This document shows, piece by piece, positions 1 to 12,379 of a stretch of 64,000 nt of DNA (positions are counted from its first letter, which is position 1; each line of letters begins with the position of its first letter). The stretch spans positions 40,300,001-40,364,000 of the forward strand of contig OZ024740.1 of NCBI GenBank assembly GCA_964016885.1. Direction: 5' to 3'. A model generated the notes under the pieces. That model saw nothing but the letters and a program-made list of their open reading frames with translations, did no database searches and was not told the DNA's origin. The DNA comes from Eledone cirrhosa. Its lineage: Eukaryota. A program made the translations under genes and the position numbers.

Positions 1-175
1 CCAGCACTCACTGTAAATGAGGTTGGTGTTAGGAAGGGCATCCAGCTGTAGAAATCAAGCCAGATCAGTTCCTGTATGAGCAAGGCATGGTCAGCCGACC
101 AGACACTGCCCACAACAGGACAACCCGTCTAACCCATGCTAGCGTGGAAGAACGGACGTAAAACGGTGATGATGA
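1..175 (+). mobile_element. 3' part of RTE-tailed SINE (family 2), ending in (GAT)n
   Basis: GGTGTTAGGAAGGGCATCCAG core and ACCCATGCTAGCGTGGAA...GATGATGA tail; recurs at about 5530-5850(-), 11420-11800(+), 63750-63935(-); tail resembles the 3' end of the RTE copy at 13775-13830. Confidence 0.7.
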
Positions 176-1745
176 ATGATATATACCTAGACAATGTAGA
201 ACACTCACCAATAATACACAGACCATCACCATCACTAGCACAATGATATATACCTAGACAATGTAGAACACTCACCAATAATACAGACCATCACCATCAC
301 TAATACAATGTAGAACATTCACCAATACACAGACCATCACCATCAGTAGTACAATGATATATACCTAGACAACGTAGAACACTCAACAATAATACACAGA
401 CCATCACCATCACTAGCACAATGATATATACCTAGACAATGTAGAACACTCAACAATAATACACACACCATCACCATCACTAGTACAATGATATATACCT
501 AGACAATGTAAAACATTCTCCAATAATACACAGACCATCACCATCACTACCACAATGATATATACCTAGACAATGTAGAACACTCACCAATAATACACAG
601 ACCATCACCATCACTAGCACAATGATATATACCTAGACAATGTAGAACATTCTCCAATAATACACAGACCATCACCATCACTAGCACAATGATATATACC
701 TAGACAATGTAGAACATTCTCCAATAATACAGACCATCACCATCAGTACCACAATGATATATACCTAGACAATGTAGAACATTCTCCCATAATACACAGA
801 CCATCACCATCACTAGCACAATGATATATACCTAGACAATGTAGAACATTCTCCAATAATACACAGACCATCACCATCACTAGCACAATGATATATACCT
901 AGACAATGTAGAACATTCTACAATAATACGCAGACCATCACCATCACTAGTACAATGATATATACCTAGACAATGTAGAACATTCTCCAATAATACACAG
1001 ACCATCACCATCACTAGCACAATGATATATACCTAGACAATGTAGAACATTCTCCAATAATACACAGACCATCACCATCACTAGCACAATGATATATACC
1101 TAGACAATGTAGAACATTCTCCAATAATACACAGACCATCACCATCACTAGTACAATGATATATACCTAGACAATGTAGAAGACTCACCAATAATACACA
1201 GACCATCACCATCACTATTACAATGATATATACCTAGACAATGTAGAACATTCTCCAATAATACACAGACCATCACCATCACTAGCACAATGATATATAC
1301 CTAGACAATGTAGAACATTCTCCAATAATACACAGACCATCACCATCACTAGTACAATGATATATACCTAGACAATGTAGAACATTCTCCAATAATACAC
1401 AGACCATCACCATCACTAGCACAATGATATATACCTAGACAATGTAGAACATTCTCCAATAATACACAGACCATCACCATCACTAGTACAATGATATATA
1501 CCTAGACAATGTAGAACATTCTCCAATAATACACAGACCATCACCATCACTAGTACAATGATATATACCTAGACAATGTAGAACATTCTCCAATAATACA
1601 CAGACCATCACCATCACTAGCACAATGATATATACCTAGACAATGTAGAACATTCTCCAATAATACACAGACCATCACCATCACTAGCACAATGATATAT
1701 ACCTAGACAATGTGGGAGAACACAGAAACCATCACTACCATAGTG
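176..1745. repeat. 67-bp minisatellite, about 23 copies
   Basis: Unit ATGATATATACCTAGACAATGTAGAACATTCTCCAATAATACACAGACCATCACCATCACTAGCACA; period read directly (421 to 488). Confidence 0.95.
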
Positions 1746-1769
1746 ATATATGCTTAGACAATGTTGGAA

Positions 1770-2000
1770 CAACATGTGTAATATTGGCAGAATGACCCTC
1801 CCAAAGTATAACGTGTAATATTGGCAATATGACCCTCCCCAAGTATATCATGTAATATTGGCAGAATGACCCTCCCAAAGTATAACATGTGTAATATTGG
1901 CAATATGACCCTCCCCAAGTATATCATGTAATATTGGCAGTATGACCCTCCCAAAGTATAACATGTGTAATAGTGGCAATATGACCCTCGCAAAGTATAA
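1770..2000. repeat. about 38-40-bp minisatellite, about 6 copies
   Basis: Unit like CATGTGTAATATTGGCAGAATGACCCTCCCAAAGTATAA; explains spurious ORF 1754..2089. Confidence 0.9.
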
Positions 2001-2379
2001 TAGTTATATTGTTGTGGCAGCAGTACAACCATCATACAAGGTTGACTGAGTGGCACCAATACAACTACCTTGCTAGAAATAGCAGTCAAATCTAGTGAAA
2101 TGTTCTATGGGGATAATCGATGAAATCAAGAGTCCCTCTCAGTTGTTAGTCCTACAGTTACCAACAACACAAGACTTCCTCTCAGTTGTTAGTTCTACAG
2201 TTACCAACAACACCACCACCACCACAACCTACTCTGAGACCATCAGTAACTAATCACAGCAACAACACCAACATCAACACGCAGACCATCAGTAACTAAC
2301 TCACAAGTTTAAATGACATCTCCTAGACAGAGTATATTATGGTCAACAGAAGAAATTTGGAAAAACAAAGAGAACATAC

Positions 2380-2428
2380 CTTTATTTGATTCTTTGTCTT
2401 TTTCAGTGATAAATCGTTGATTACATTC
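2380..2428 (-). CDS. ROGDI: ROGDI exon 3 (ECNQRFITEKDKESNK)
   Basis: ctctAG acceptor and GTATGT donor; in frame with exon 2; corresponds to ROGDI EASLRF segment. Gene continues beyond the window start. Confidence 0.65.
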
Positions 2429-2599
2429 CTAGAGTTTTAATTAAAGGATAACGTGATAATTAATTATATGTATACATATATATTAAATCTTTACCTTAAA
2501 TACAATTATATTTCCATGACATTTTGAAAATCACAAATCTTTTTGTTAAATGATCACAATAACAAGAAACCTTTGATACTATGACAGATCTATATTTCT

Positions 2600-5040
2600 A
2601 ATGAAATGTACTGCCTATGTCATTAACCCTTTCATTACCATATTTCTAATGAAATACATTACCTCTGTCATTAATCCTTTCATTACCATATTTCTAATGA
2701 AAGACACTGCCTATGTCATTAACCCTTTCATTACCATATTTCTAATGAAAGACACTGCCTGTCATTAACCCTTTCATTACCATATTTCTAATGAAAGACA
2801 CTGCCTATGTCATTAATCCTTTCATTACCATATTTCTAATGAAAGACACTGCCTGTCATTAACCCTTTCATTACCATATTTCTAATGAAAGACACTCCCT
2901 ATGTCATTAATCCTTTCATTACCATATTTCTAATGAAAGACACTGCCTGTCATTAACCCTTTCATTACCATATTTCTAATGAAAGACACTCCCTATGTCA
3001 TTAATCCTTTCATTACCATATTTCTAATGAAAGACACTGCCTGTCATTAACCCTTTCATTACCATATTTCTAATGAAAGACACTCCCTATGTCATTAATC
3101 CTTTCATTACCATATTTCTAATGAAAGACACTGCCTGTCATTAACCCTTTCATTACCATATTTCTAATGAAAGACACTCCCTATGTCATTAATCCTTTCA
3201 TTACCATATTTCTAATGAAAGACACTGCCTGTCATTAACCCTTTCATTACCATATTTCTAATGAAAGACACTCCCTATGTCATTAATCCTTTCATTACCA
3301 TATTTCTAATGAAAGACACTGCCTGTCATTAACCCTTTCATTACCATATTTCTAATGAAAGACACTCCCTATGTCATTAATCCTTTCATTACCATATTTC
3401 TAATGAAAGACACTGCCTGTCATTAACCCTTTCATTACCATATTTCTAATGAAAGACACTCCCTATGTCATTAATCCTTTCATTACCATATTTCTAATGA
3501 AAGACACTGCCTGTCATTAACCCTTTCATTACCATATTTCTAATGAAAGACACTCCCTATGTCATTAATCCTTTCATTACCATATTTCTAATGAAAGACA
3601 CTGCCTGTCATTAACCCTTTCATTACCATATTTCTAATGAAAGACACTCCCTATGTCATTAATCCTTTCATTACCATATTTCTAATGAAAGACACTGCCT
3701 GTCATTAACCCTTTCATTACCATATTTCTAATGAAAGACACTCCCTATGTCATTAATCCTTTCATTACCATATTTCTAATGAAAGACACTGCCTGTCATT
3801 AACCCTTTCATTACCATATTTCTAATGAAAGACACTCCCTATGTCATTAATCCTTTCATTACCATATTTCTAATGAAAGACACTGCCTGTCATTAACCCT
3901 TTCATTACCATATTTCTAATGAAAGACACTCCCTATGTCATTAATCCTTTCATTACCATATTTCTAATGAAAGACACTGCCTGTCATTAACCCTTTCATT
4001 ACCATATTTCTAATGAAAGACACTCCCCATGTCATTAATCCTTTCATTACCATATTTCTAATGAAAGACACTGCCTGTCATTAACCCTTTCATTACCATA
4101 TTTCTAATGAAAGACACTGCCTATGTCATTAATCCTTTCATTACCATATTTCTAATGAAAGACACTGCCTGTCATTAACCCTTTCATTACCATATTTCTA
4201 ATGAAAGACACTGCCTATGTCATTAACCCTTTCATTACCATATTTCTAATGAAAGACACTGCCTATGTCATTAACCCTTTCATTACCATATTTCTAATGA
4301 AAGACACTGCCTGTCATTAACCCTTTCATTACCATATTTCTAATGAAAGACACTGCCTATGTCATTAATCCTTTCATTACCATATTTCTAATGAAAGACA
4401 CTGCCTATGTCATTAACCCTTTCATTACCATATTTCTAATGAAAGACACTGCCTGTCATTAACCCTTTCATTACCATATTTCTAATGAAAGACACCGCCT
4501 TTCATTACCATATTTCTAATGAAAGACACTGCCTGTCATTAACCCTTTCATTTCCATATTTCTAATGAAAGACACTGCCTTTCATTACCATATTTTTATT
4601 TCTAATGAAAGACACTGCCTTTCATTACCATATTTCTAATGAAAGACACCGCCTGTCATTAACCCTTTCATTACCATATTTTTATTTCTAATGAAAGACA
4701 CTGCCTTTCATTACCATATTTCTAATGAAAGACACCGCCTGTCATTAACCCTTTCATTACCATATTTCTAATGAAAGACACTGCCTTTCATTACCATATT
4801 TCTAATGAAAGACACTGTCTATGTCATTAACCCTTTCATTACCATATTTCTAATGAAAGACATTGCCTTTCATTACCATATTTCTAATGAAAGACACTAC
4901 CTATGTCATTAACCCTTTCATTACCATATTTCTAATAGAAATGGTACCTATGTTATTAACCCTTTCATAACCATATTTCTAATGAAAGACACTGCCTATG
5001 TCATTAACCCTTTCATTACCATATTTTTAATGGAAGATAC
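2600..5040. repeat. 46/48-bp satellite with 94-bp dimeric higher-order repeat
   Basis: Alternating GTCATTAACCCTTTCATTACCATATTTCTAATGAAAGACACTCCCTAT (48) and GTCATTAATCCTTTCATTACCATATTTCTAATGAAAGACACTGCCT (46) through about 2850-4070, degenerating at both edges. Confidence 0.95.
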
Positions 5041-5449
5041 TTCCTATAAATTTCAAATAATTCTAAAAATAATCAAGAATTGAGGGATTTAATAATATAA
5101 CTAACCTTTTCATTATTAAGTTGGTGTTTGTAACATCTTAAAGGTTATTACATAAAATTATAATTGTTTCTACTTTAGGCACAAGGTCAGCAATTACCCA
5201 GTACATTACTGGTACTTTATTTTATCGACCCCGTAAGGATGAAAGGCAAAGTTAACCTCGGCGGGATTTGAACTCAGACTGTAAAGGGACGTAACTATGC
5301 TAGAAAGCATGGCGTCCAACCCTCTACCGATACTGCCAATTCACTGTTATAATGGAAGATTTTCAGAAAAATTTAACCATTTTAAAACAAACAATTTTGT
5401 ATCTTTCAATAAAGAGTGATTTTGAGTAGTCTGGTATGAAAAAGGTTAA
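5004..5449. mobile_element. piggyBac-like MITE remnant (TTAA-CCC ends) containing a SINE
   Basis: Left TTAACCCTTTCATTACCA and right TGGTATGAAAAAGGTTAA (5432-5449) are imperfect inverted repeats bounded by TTAA. Confidence 0.5.
5158..5345 (-). mobile_element. tRNA-derived SINE (family 1)
   Basis: A box TGGCAGTATCGG, B box GAGTTCAAATCC, central GCCTTTCATCCTTACGGGGTCGATAAA (resembles Deu/Nin-type SINE core), (AAT)-type tail. Other copies at about 26046-26230(-), 31445-31631(+), 37055-37240(-), 37600-37780(-), 38683-38872(+), 42937-43117(-), 44081-44180(-, partial), 45541-45725(-), 51407-51610(+), 51626-51798(+), 60318-60425(-, partial), 61813-62000(+), 62535-62715(+). Confidence 0.9.
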
Positions 5450-5494
5450 AGTAAGAGAAACTGTTACTGTTTAATCATTTGTTCTCATTGGATT

Positions 5495-5529
<35 letters not shown>

Positions 5530-5534
<5 letters not shown>

Positions 5535-5850
5535 TCATCATCAGGTTTAGCGTCCATGTTCCACGCTTGCATGGGTTTGGACGGGGGTTTTCCCACTTGA
5601 GGCAAGAGTGGTTGTCTTGCTCGCATAGGACTGTCTGGCGGGTTTTCTACAGTTGGATGCCCTTCCTAACACCAACCACATTTACAGTGTGGGGCTGGGA
5701 GGTTTTTACCGTGTTGCCTACACGGCCACATTACAGCGTGGACTGTCTGGCGGGTTTTCTACAGCTGGATGCCCTTCCTAACACCAACCACATTTACAGT
5801 GTGGGGCTGGGAGGTTTTTACCGTGTTGCCTACACGGCCACATTTACAGC
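5530..5850 (-). mobile_element. RTE-tailed SINE family 2 with internal tandem duplication
   Basis: CATCATCATCA tail next to (TA)n; about 110-bp segment GGACTGTCTGGCGGG...ACAGCGT duplicated. Confidence 0.65.
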
Positions 5851-6065
5851 GTGGACTGTGTGTTTTTTTTATCGTGACACCTACACGATCTCATTTGTTT
5901 CGGCCTGGATGTTGTGGGACCAACATAACTTTACATTGAAAGGGGCGGTGTGGATGGGGTGGAGGTGGTGATGGGGTGGAGGTGGTGGTGGTGGTGGTGG
6001 TGGGGGGGGGGGGGGGGGGGGTTGATAGAGATGCCTACTGACTGTAGTAGGTTTTTACTTTGTAT

Positions 6066-9000
6066 TTAGGTAAGGCGGGTCTTCTCTATTACTGAGTACC
6101 GCCAAAGGCCTCGGTCCAGTGACATTGTCTTGGAGAGGTGTAAGCATGTGAGGTCGGAATTTATCAGCTCGTCCCATGTTTTTCTGGGTCTGCCTACTCC
6201 ATGGCTACCGTCTATCTTTATTGCCCTGCACTTTGTTATACAGCTGTCGTCTTTCATGCGCATCACGTGACCGTACCAACGTAGCCTTCTCTCGAGTAAA
6301 CAACATCTGATCACTCTTATTTCTAATTTTTTCCTTAGTTCGTTTATGCTTTGCCGTTCACGTATATTACTATTGCACATCCAGCGGAGCATGCAAGCTT
6401 CGTTCTTCTCTAGTCTGCGTATATCCTCTGCACACAATGCCCAGGTCTCACTGCCATGCAGCATTGCTGTTCATATGCAGGCATCGTATAACCTGCCTTT
6501 CATTTTTAGGGAGAACCCTCTAGCGGCTAATAGTGGTATAAGCTCTCTGAACTTTTTCCAACCAGTTCTGACTCTAGCTACTGTACTTTCAGAGCACCCT
6601 CCCCCACTGCTGATTTTGTCACCCAGGTAACGGAAGCTGTCCACTATTTCTATAGAACCCTCTGCGCAGTTGAAGGAGCTAGTATTTTGTGGGCACTTGC
6701 TGCTACTTATTGCACCAGAGCACCGGCCACATGTAAAATCTATGTTCTTAGTTAGCTTACCTGTGATCCCACTACATCTTTTATGCACCCATACTTTGCA
6801 TTTGGGACATAAAATGGAGTTTCTACCTACGCCTTTCCTACACACTGAGCATGGCCATTTCCCAGATGGGACTGCCGCCTTATTTTCTTTCCTACAAACT
6901 AGAACTTTAGTCTTAGCCAGGTTAATTTTAAGGCCTTTTGATTCTAGGCCGTGCTTCCATGTTTGGAATTTCTTCTCTAGTTTGGTCATTGATTCAGCTA
7001 TGAGCGTTAAATCATCTGCGTATAGGAGTTTCCATGGGCAGCCGGTCTTGAACTCCTCTGTTATAGCCTGAAGGGCAATAATAAATAGTAGGGGGCTAAG
7101 AACAGAGCCCTGATGGACACCAACTTTTACGCTAAACTCTTCACTATATTCGTTGTTAATTTAACCTTACTGACTGTTTCTTTATACATGGCTTGTATAG
7201 CTCTCACAAGCCATTCGTCAACACCTAGTTTTCTAAGAGACCACCAGATAATGGAACGGGGGACTCTGTCGAAGGCTTTCTCCAAGTCGACGAAAGCTAA
7301 GTATAGGGGTTTACTTTTAGCTAGGTACTTCTCCTGTAGTTGTCGTACAATGAAAAGAGCGTCTGTGGTACTTTTGCCTGACACAAACCCGAACTGCATT
7401 TCATCTAGATCAATTCTCTCTCTGATTAGTTGCGCTATTACTTTTTCCGTGACCTTCATGACCTGGTCGATTAATTTAATGCCTCTATAGTTACTCCTAT
7501 CTAGGGCATCTCCTTTTCCCTTATAGCAGTTAACGATGATGCTGCTACGCCAGTCCTTCGGAACAACCCCATTCTGTACGACTTGGTTAACTATCCGGGT
7601 GACCATGGTGTGTCCCACCGAACCAGATGCCTTCAGCATCTCAGCAACTATTTCCGAAGGACCAGCCGCCTTACCCGTCTTCATATCTTTGATTGCCTTG
7701 CTTATTGTACTACCCTGGACTAACACTGCTGGTCCCTCTATTGGGTCGATGTGGGGGAGACTGTCTTTCTCCCATTTGTTCTCCTCATTTAGAAGCCTTT
7801 CGTAGTGACACTTCCAAGCTACCTTCTTATCAGCGTCGGTGATGGCAAGTATGCCATCATCGTTAAGTACACACTTCTCCCCGACAATATCACGGTTTTC
7901 CTTGACACATTGCCTGGCAATCCTGAACACCTCACGTTTTTGGTCCTCACGTTGTAGAACATGCTTGAACTTTCTTTCCTCTGCTTCCCTTCTTGCGAAG
8001 TACACTTGTCTCCTAGCTTCCCTCCTGGCCACTTGATAGTCTTCTCTACTTCCCCCATCCCGCCATGCTTTCCAAGCCTGCTTTTTGGCCTTAATTGACT
8101 CCTCCACCTTACTGTTCCACCACCATGTTACTCTCCTCCTACCTACAGGCCTGCTCCAGCCACAGACTTCGTCTGCCGCCGTCAGCAGGTTTGCTCTCAG
8201 GAATTCCCACTGTTCCTCTATATTATACGTCTCTAATTGCTCTTCCTTACTGTCGAAAGCGTCAAGTAATATGCTTTGAAATTTATTTCTGGCTATGGGG
8301 TCCTTTAGCTTCCATATTTTTCTCCTGAGGATAGTCCTCTTCCGCTGTCTAGTACGTCTCGTCCTGACTATGAGGTCGCTAATTATCAGTCTATGTTGGG
8401 AGGTGAATTCTTCATGGGGGAGGGATTTAGTGTTAACAACAGACACTCTGTCACGTCTTCTGGTAAGGATATAATCTACCTGGCTTGTGTGTTCCTCCGA
8501 TCTATAGGTGATCAAGTGATTGTCTCGTTTTTTGAAGTTAGTGTTACAGATAGTTAAGTTATTTGCATCGCAGAATTCCAGGATTCTGGAGCCTTCCTCA
8601 TTTCTAGTACCGAACCCATAGCCTCCATGGATTCCGTCATAGCCGTCACAATGTTGTCCAACGTGACCATTTAGGTCGCCTGCAATAACTATATAGTCAC
8701 TGTCGGTTATTTGGGAGGTAGCGAACATCAGTGTCTCGTAGAATCTGTCTTTTATAGCACCGGGCAGTCCGGATTGTGGTGCGTACGCAGATATTACTGT
8801 CACCGTAGTTTTATTGAGGACAAGTCTTATTTTAATTATTCTGTCATTCACTCTATTTACGTCTATTATCTTATCTGCCCACTTTTCTGCTACCATGATT
8901 CCTACCCCACCCAACCCATTGTCATTTCCCACCCAGAAAAGCTTATAGCATCGTTCTTTACCCACGATGAATCTAGCCGACCCTCCCCTCCACCTGGTCT

Positions 9001-9319
9001 CTTGAATACAACAAACATCGACCTCCTTACGTTCAAGCATTTCTACAACCTCGTTAGAGCGACCCTTTAAGGTGCCTACATTCATGGTACCAACTCTGAA
9101 GTTTTGGATTGCGCTTGGAGGGTGGGAGCGGTGGGGCGCGGGGGGGGGGGGGGGGGGGGGGGGTATGTTAGCCATCCTGGGCCGAAACAAGGCGGAGTGC
9201 TTGCATTCTCGTCCACGAGGTGAATTTGTCTTTATCTTTGGCATTGTCGCTGAGCGTCCACATTTTTCTCTCTTCAACTCTCCAGAATTCCGTAGTCCAT
9301 CCATCATATCGAAAAGCAA
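6066..9319 (-). mobile_element. Near-intact RTE-clade LINE (APE endonuclease + RT), one frameshift and one nonsense codon
   Basis: APE motifs TMNVGTL, CCIQETRW, GDLNGHVG, VDYIL, SQHRLI; RT motifs NYRGIKL, QFGF, FVDLEKAFDRV, GVHQGSVLSP, LLYADDL (about 7005-7025), FRYLG; RTE-type C-terminus LRWYGHVMRM...GRPRKTW. 1-nt loss near 7160, TGA at 6471-6473. Lies in ROGDI intron 2. Confidence 0.95.
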
Positions 9320-9499
9320 CCAGTTAAGCGATAGTATGGGCCTCTGACTTATGATTGGTCCACGTAATAATGGTGGTGCATGGGGGCGGGTGGGAGGGAT
9401 GATGGGTTGTTAGTGAGAATGTAAGGTTTAAGATAAGATCGCCGTATTTTGGGCATAATTTAACAATAAACGAAAATACAAGATTTGTTTTGTTTAAGA

Positions 9500-9551
<52 letters not shown>

Positions 9552-9986
9552 TATACACACACACTGTTAGACCTCCATTGATTCTGATTAGTGTTGTAGT
9601 CCAGTTATTCAAAGAATGGAACTGTTTGCTCATGAAATTAACATCTATCTATTTATATATATCTATAAGAATATATATATACATATGTATGTAAAAGGTA
9701 AACAGAAATAACAACACAATCGGCACAGTATATGGAAGGAATATATTAGGTTAACACTTGATATAGCAGGAAAAGGGTCTTAACATTTCGGATGCTAGTC
9801 CAACATCAGAAGAAAGAATGAGAAATAAGATAGATTGAGGGGACAGGCGGGGTGGAATTGGAAAGAATGTCTTTAGATAAAAAAACAAAAACAAATATAT
9901 ATATATATATATATACGATCTTGTGCTAGCTAGCAGATGGCAATATATTTTGCCGTTCCTGGGACTTTAGCCCTAGGAAAGGAAAA

Positions 9987-10070
9987 TGCTTCTCTGATGA
10001 ACTTTATTTTTCCATTGGAAATCCCATGGATTTCCAATGTTTTGTAAAGGGAAACCGATCGGTAAGAGCA
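9987..10070 (+). ncRNA. Type I hammerhead ribozyme motif (PLE-type)
   Basis: TGCTTCT-CTGATGA-stem II (CATTGGAAATCC cat GGATTTCCAATG)-GAAA-CCGATCGG-TA-AGAGCA. Confidence 0.75.
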
Positions 10071-10209
10071 ACTTGGAGTAGGTAAATATTTAAATTATAT
10101 TTTTTTATTTATTTTAAAAAATTGTTTAATTTTTGCTTGTTCTGCTTATCTCAATATTATATATATATATATATATTTTTTTTTATCTAAAGACATTCTT
10201 TCCAATTCC

Positions 10210-11160
10210 ACCCCTTTAAATCTCGCTGGTACCGTCATCGATTCTCAATTAAACATCCTGATCACCGTTTTGTGACCACGCTCGCCAACAAGACCTGGCA
10301 ACTCCGTGAACGCAACCAACAGTTCACCTTGAAATGGGATATACTTTCCAGCGCAAGTGCATATCGGAGTGGATTGTAGGTTATGTAACCTTGAACTCTT
10401 TTACATCTTAAAATCCAAAAATAAATTACTAAATGATAGAATCGAACGATCATTATACTGCAACCACAAACTGAAAGCTAAATTCTCTCACTATAAAATA
10501 ACTTAACATTCGAACCCGTAACTATAACATTGCTTTCTAGCTAACCACTTTCTCTTCCCCCACACTACAAGACAATACCCTGCTTATCACTATAAATGGG
10601 AACTTAGTGCAATTCGTAGATTACTACTATGAACCCAATGTTCACCCACCCCATAGCTTTCGTCTGTCCCCTCTCTATCTCTCCCTCTCTATCCATTCCA
10701 CTCTCTCTCTCGCCCTAAGTCTACCTCCCTCCCTCTCCACATCTATGAACCTGCCCTCTGGGGCAATAAATAATTCCAACCTTGACTATCAACACATCGC
10801 TTAAGGTGGTCGCTTTAAGAGTAACCAGTATAATAAAACCCCTACCACAACATTTTGATTAAGATATCTACAAACCACTCTCTCCCATTTCTCCAACCCC
10901 TGCATATCTTTCTCTCTCTCTCTTCCTCTCCCCTTCTTTTCTCTCTTCCTTTTCTACTCTATCTTCCCCAATAACCTCATTTAAGGGTATTTACATTGTA
11001 CATTTTAACCATTCTGCTCTGGTGATACAGTGGTTACAGCATTTGATAATTGAGTTTTGCAAATAGTTATAAATTTGCACATAGCATAACTCGGCTGTAT
11101 AACCACCGTGGAAACATTTGTAAGCACACAGAATAAATTACCTTTTTATGATGTCTACCT
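10210..11160 (+). mobile_element. Degenerate Penelope-like element 3' region (GIY-YIG C-terminus + 3' UTR)
   Basis: Translates as FKSRWYRHRFSIKHPDHRFVTTLANKTWQLRERNQQFTLKWDIL...CRLCNLELFYILKS (frameshifted), homologous to the 32003-32797 ORF end; terminal degenerate hammerhead at 11015-11126 (TGCT-CTGGTGA...GAAA-CATTTG-TA-AGCA). Confidence 0.75.
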
Positions 11161-11867
11161 GTTATTATTCATTCTTTATATATATATATATATATGAATA
11201 TATATATACTCCTGACTACTTCATCCAACCCATGCTAGCATGGAAATCTAGGAGAAACCTTGATTCACCTTCCCTACTGAATCTTTGCACCCCCAACACT
11301 TTCCCAATTCAGGAAAACCTGGCATGCCACCAAAATGACAGACACTACCCTCTTGCTTCAAGCAAGCAGTATATAAATGCCTCCTTTTTTAAGTCACCAT
11401 CACCTCCCCACCCCCAGCATGACCATGTACTCTGAGCCCCCTAGTGCTGGTGCCACTACACAAGCACCCAGTCCAACCTGTAAGGTTGTAGTGCAAATGA
11501 TAAAATGCTCCCAGTGCACACTGTAAAGTGATTGGTGTTAAAAGGGCATCCAGCTATAGAAACCATACTCCCAATACACGCTATAAAATGACTGGTGTTA
11601 GGAAGAGCATCCAGCTGTAGAAACTATGCTCCCAGTAAATGCTGTAGAGTGGTTGGTGTTAGGAAGGGCATCCAGCCGTAGAAATCAAGCCAAAACAAAT
11701 TGTACAAGCAGAACCTAGTTACAAGACCAGTCTGGCCTAAGTATGCGACAATCATCTATCCTATGCATGCATGGAAAATAGACATTAAACGATGATGATA
11801 TATCATCATCATCATTTAATGTCCATCTTCCACACTAGCATGGGTAGGACAGGCTGTCCCTTTGCGA

Positions 11868-11903
<36 letters not shown>

Positions 11904-12379
11904 TGTGGTTATTTCATGCTAATCAATCAGTGATTAGTGTTGCAGTTACAAACATCGATCAATAAACATTGGTGTAAGCAGGATTAAGAACTTGATGTCA
12001 ATATACAATTGTTAGTGTGACATGGGTTCACACAGGTCAGTGTATGACAGAGTATTGGTATCACAATGAAGTAGAAGGCAATAAAGGTTTTATATATTTC
12101 ACCATATTATTTGGTCAATATATCAACAAAATTTATAACCAAAATGTATACAGTTGACAGCTGTCTGATGAAATTATATCTGGATGGTTTCCAATTACAT
12201 AACAGATACCATAACAAATATAATGAGGTGAAGTAAAACCTTATTGCCTTCTGCTTCATTATTATTGCTATATATATATATACATATATATGGCAGAACC
12301 AAAGCAGATAAGATGCCCCCTTCGCATTTCTATCCATTGTTTTTACTATTTATATATTTCCATATCTATTATTATTATT

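Noticed and set aside
2600-5040. CRISPR-like array of palindromic repeats
   Set aside because: No unique spacers, no cas genes, eukaryotic context; it is a satellite. Its CTAATGA-hairpin also lacks the GAAA needed for a hammerhead.
5158-5345. tRNA genes (A and B boxes)
   Set aside because: No cloverleaf or acceptor stem; the boxes are heads of a dispersed SINE family.
9770-9815. Hammerhead-like motif on the minus strand (related copy at about 19990-20012)
   Set aside because: Core mutated (CTGATGT / TTGATGA) and no convincing stem I or III; probably decayed PLE ends.
12103-12337. Possible ROGDI exon or 76-aa ORF
   Set aside because: All three frames between the candidate splice sites contain stops and there is no ROGDI similarity.
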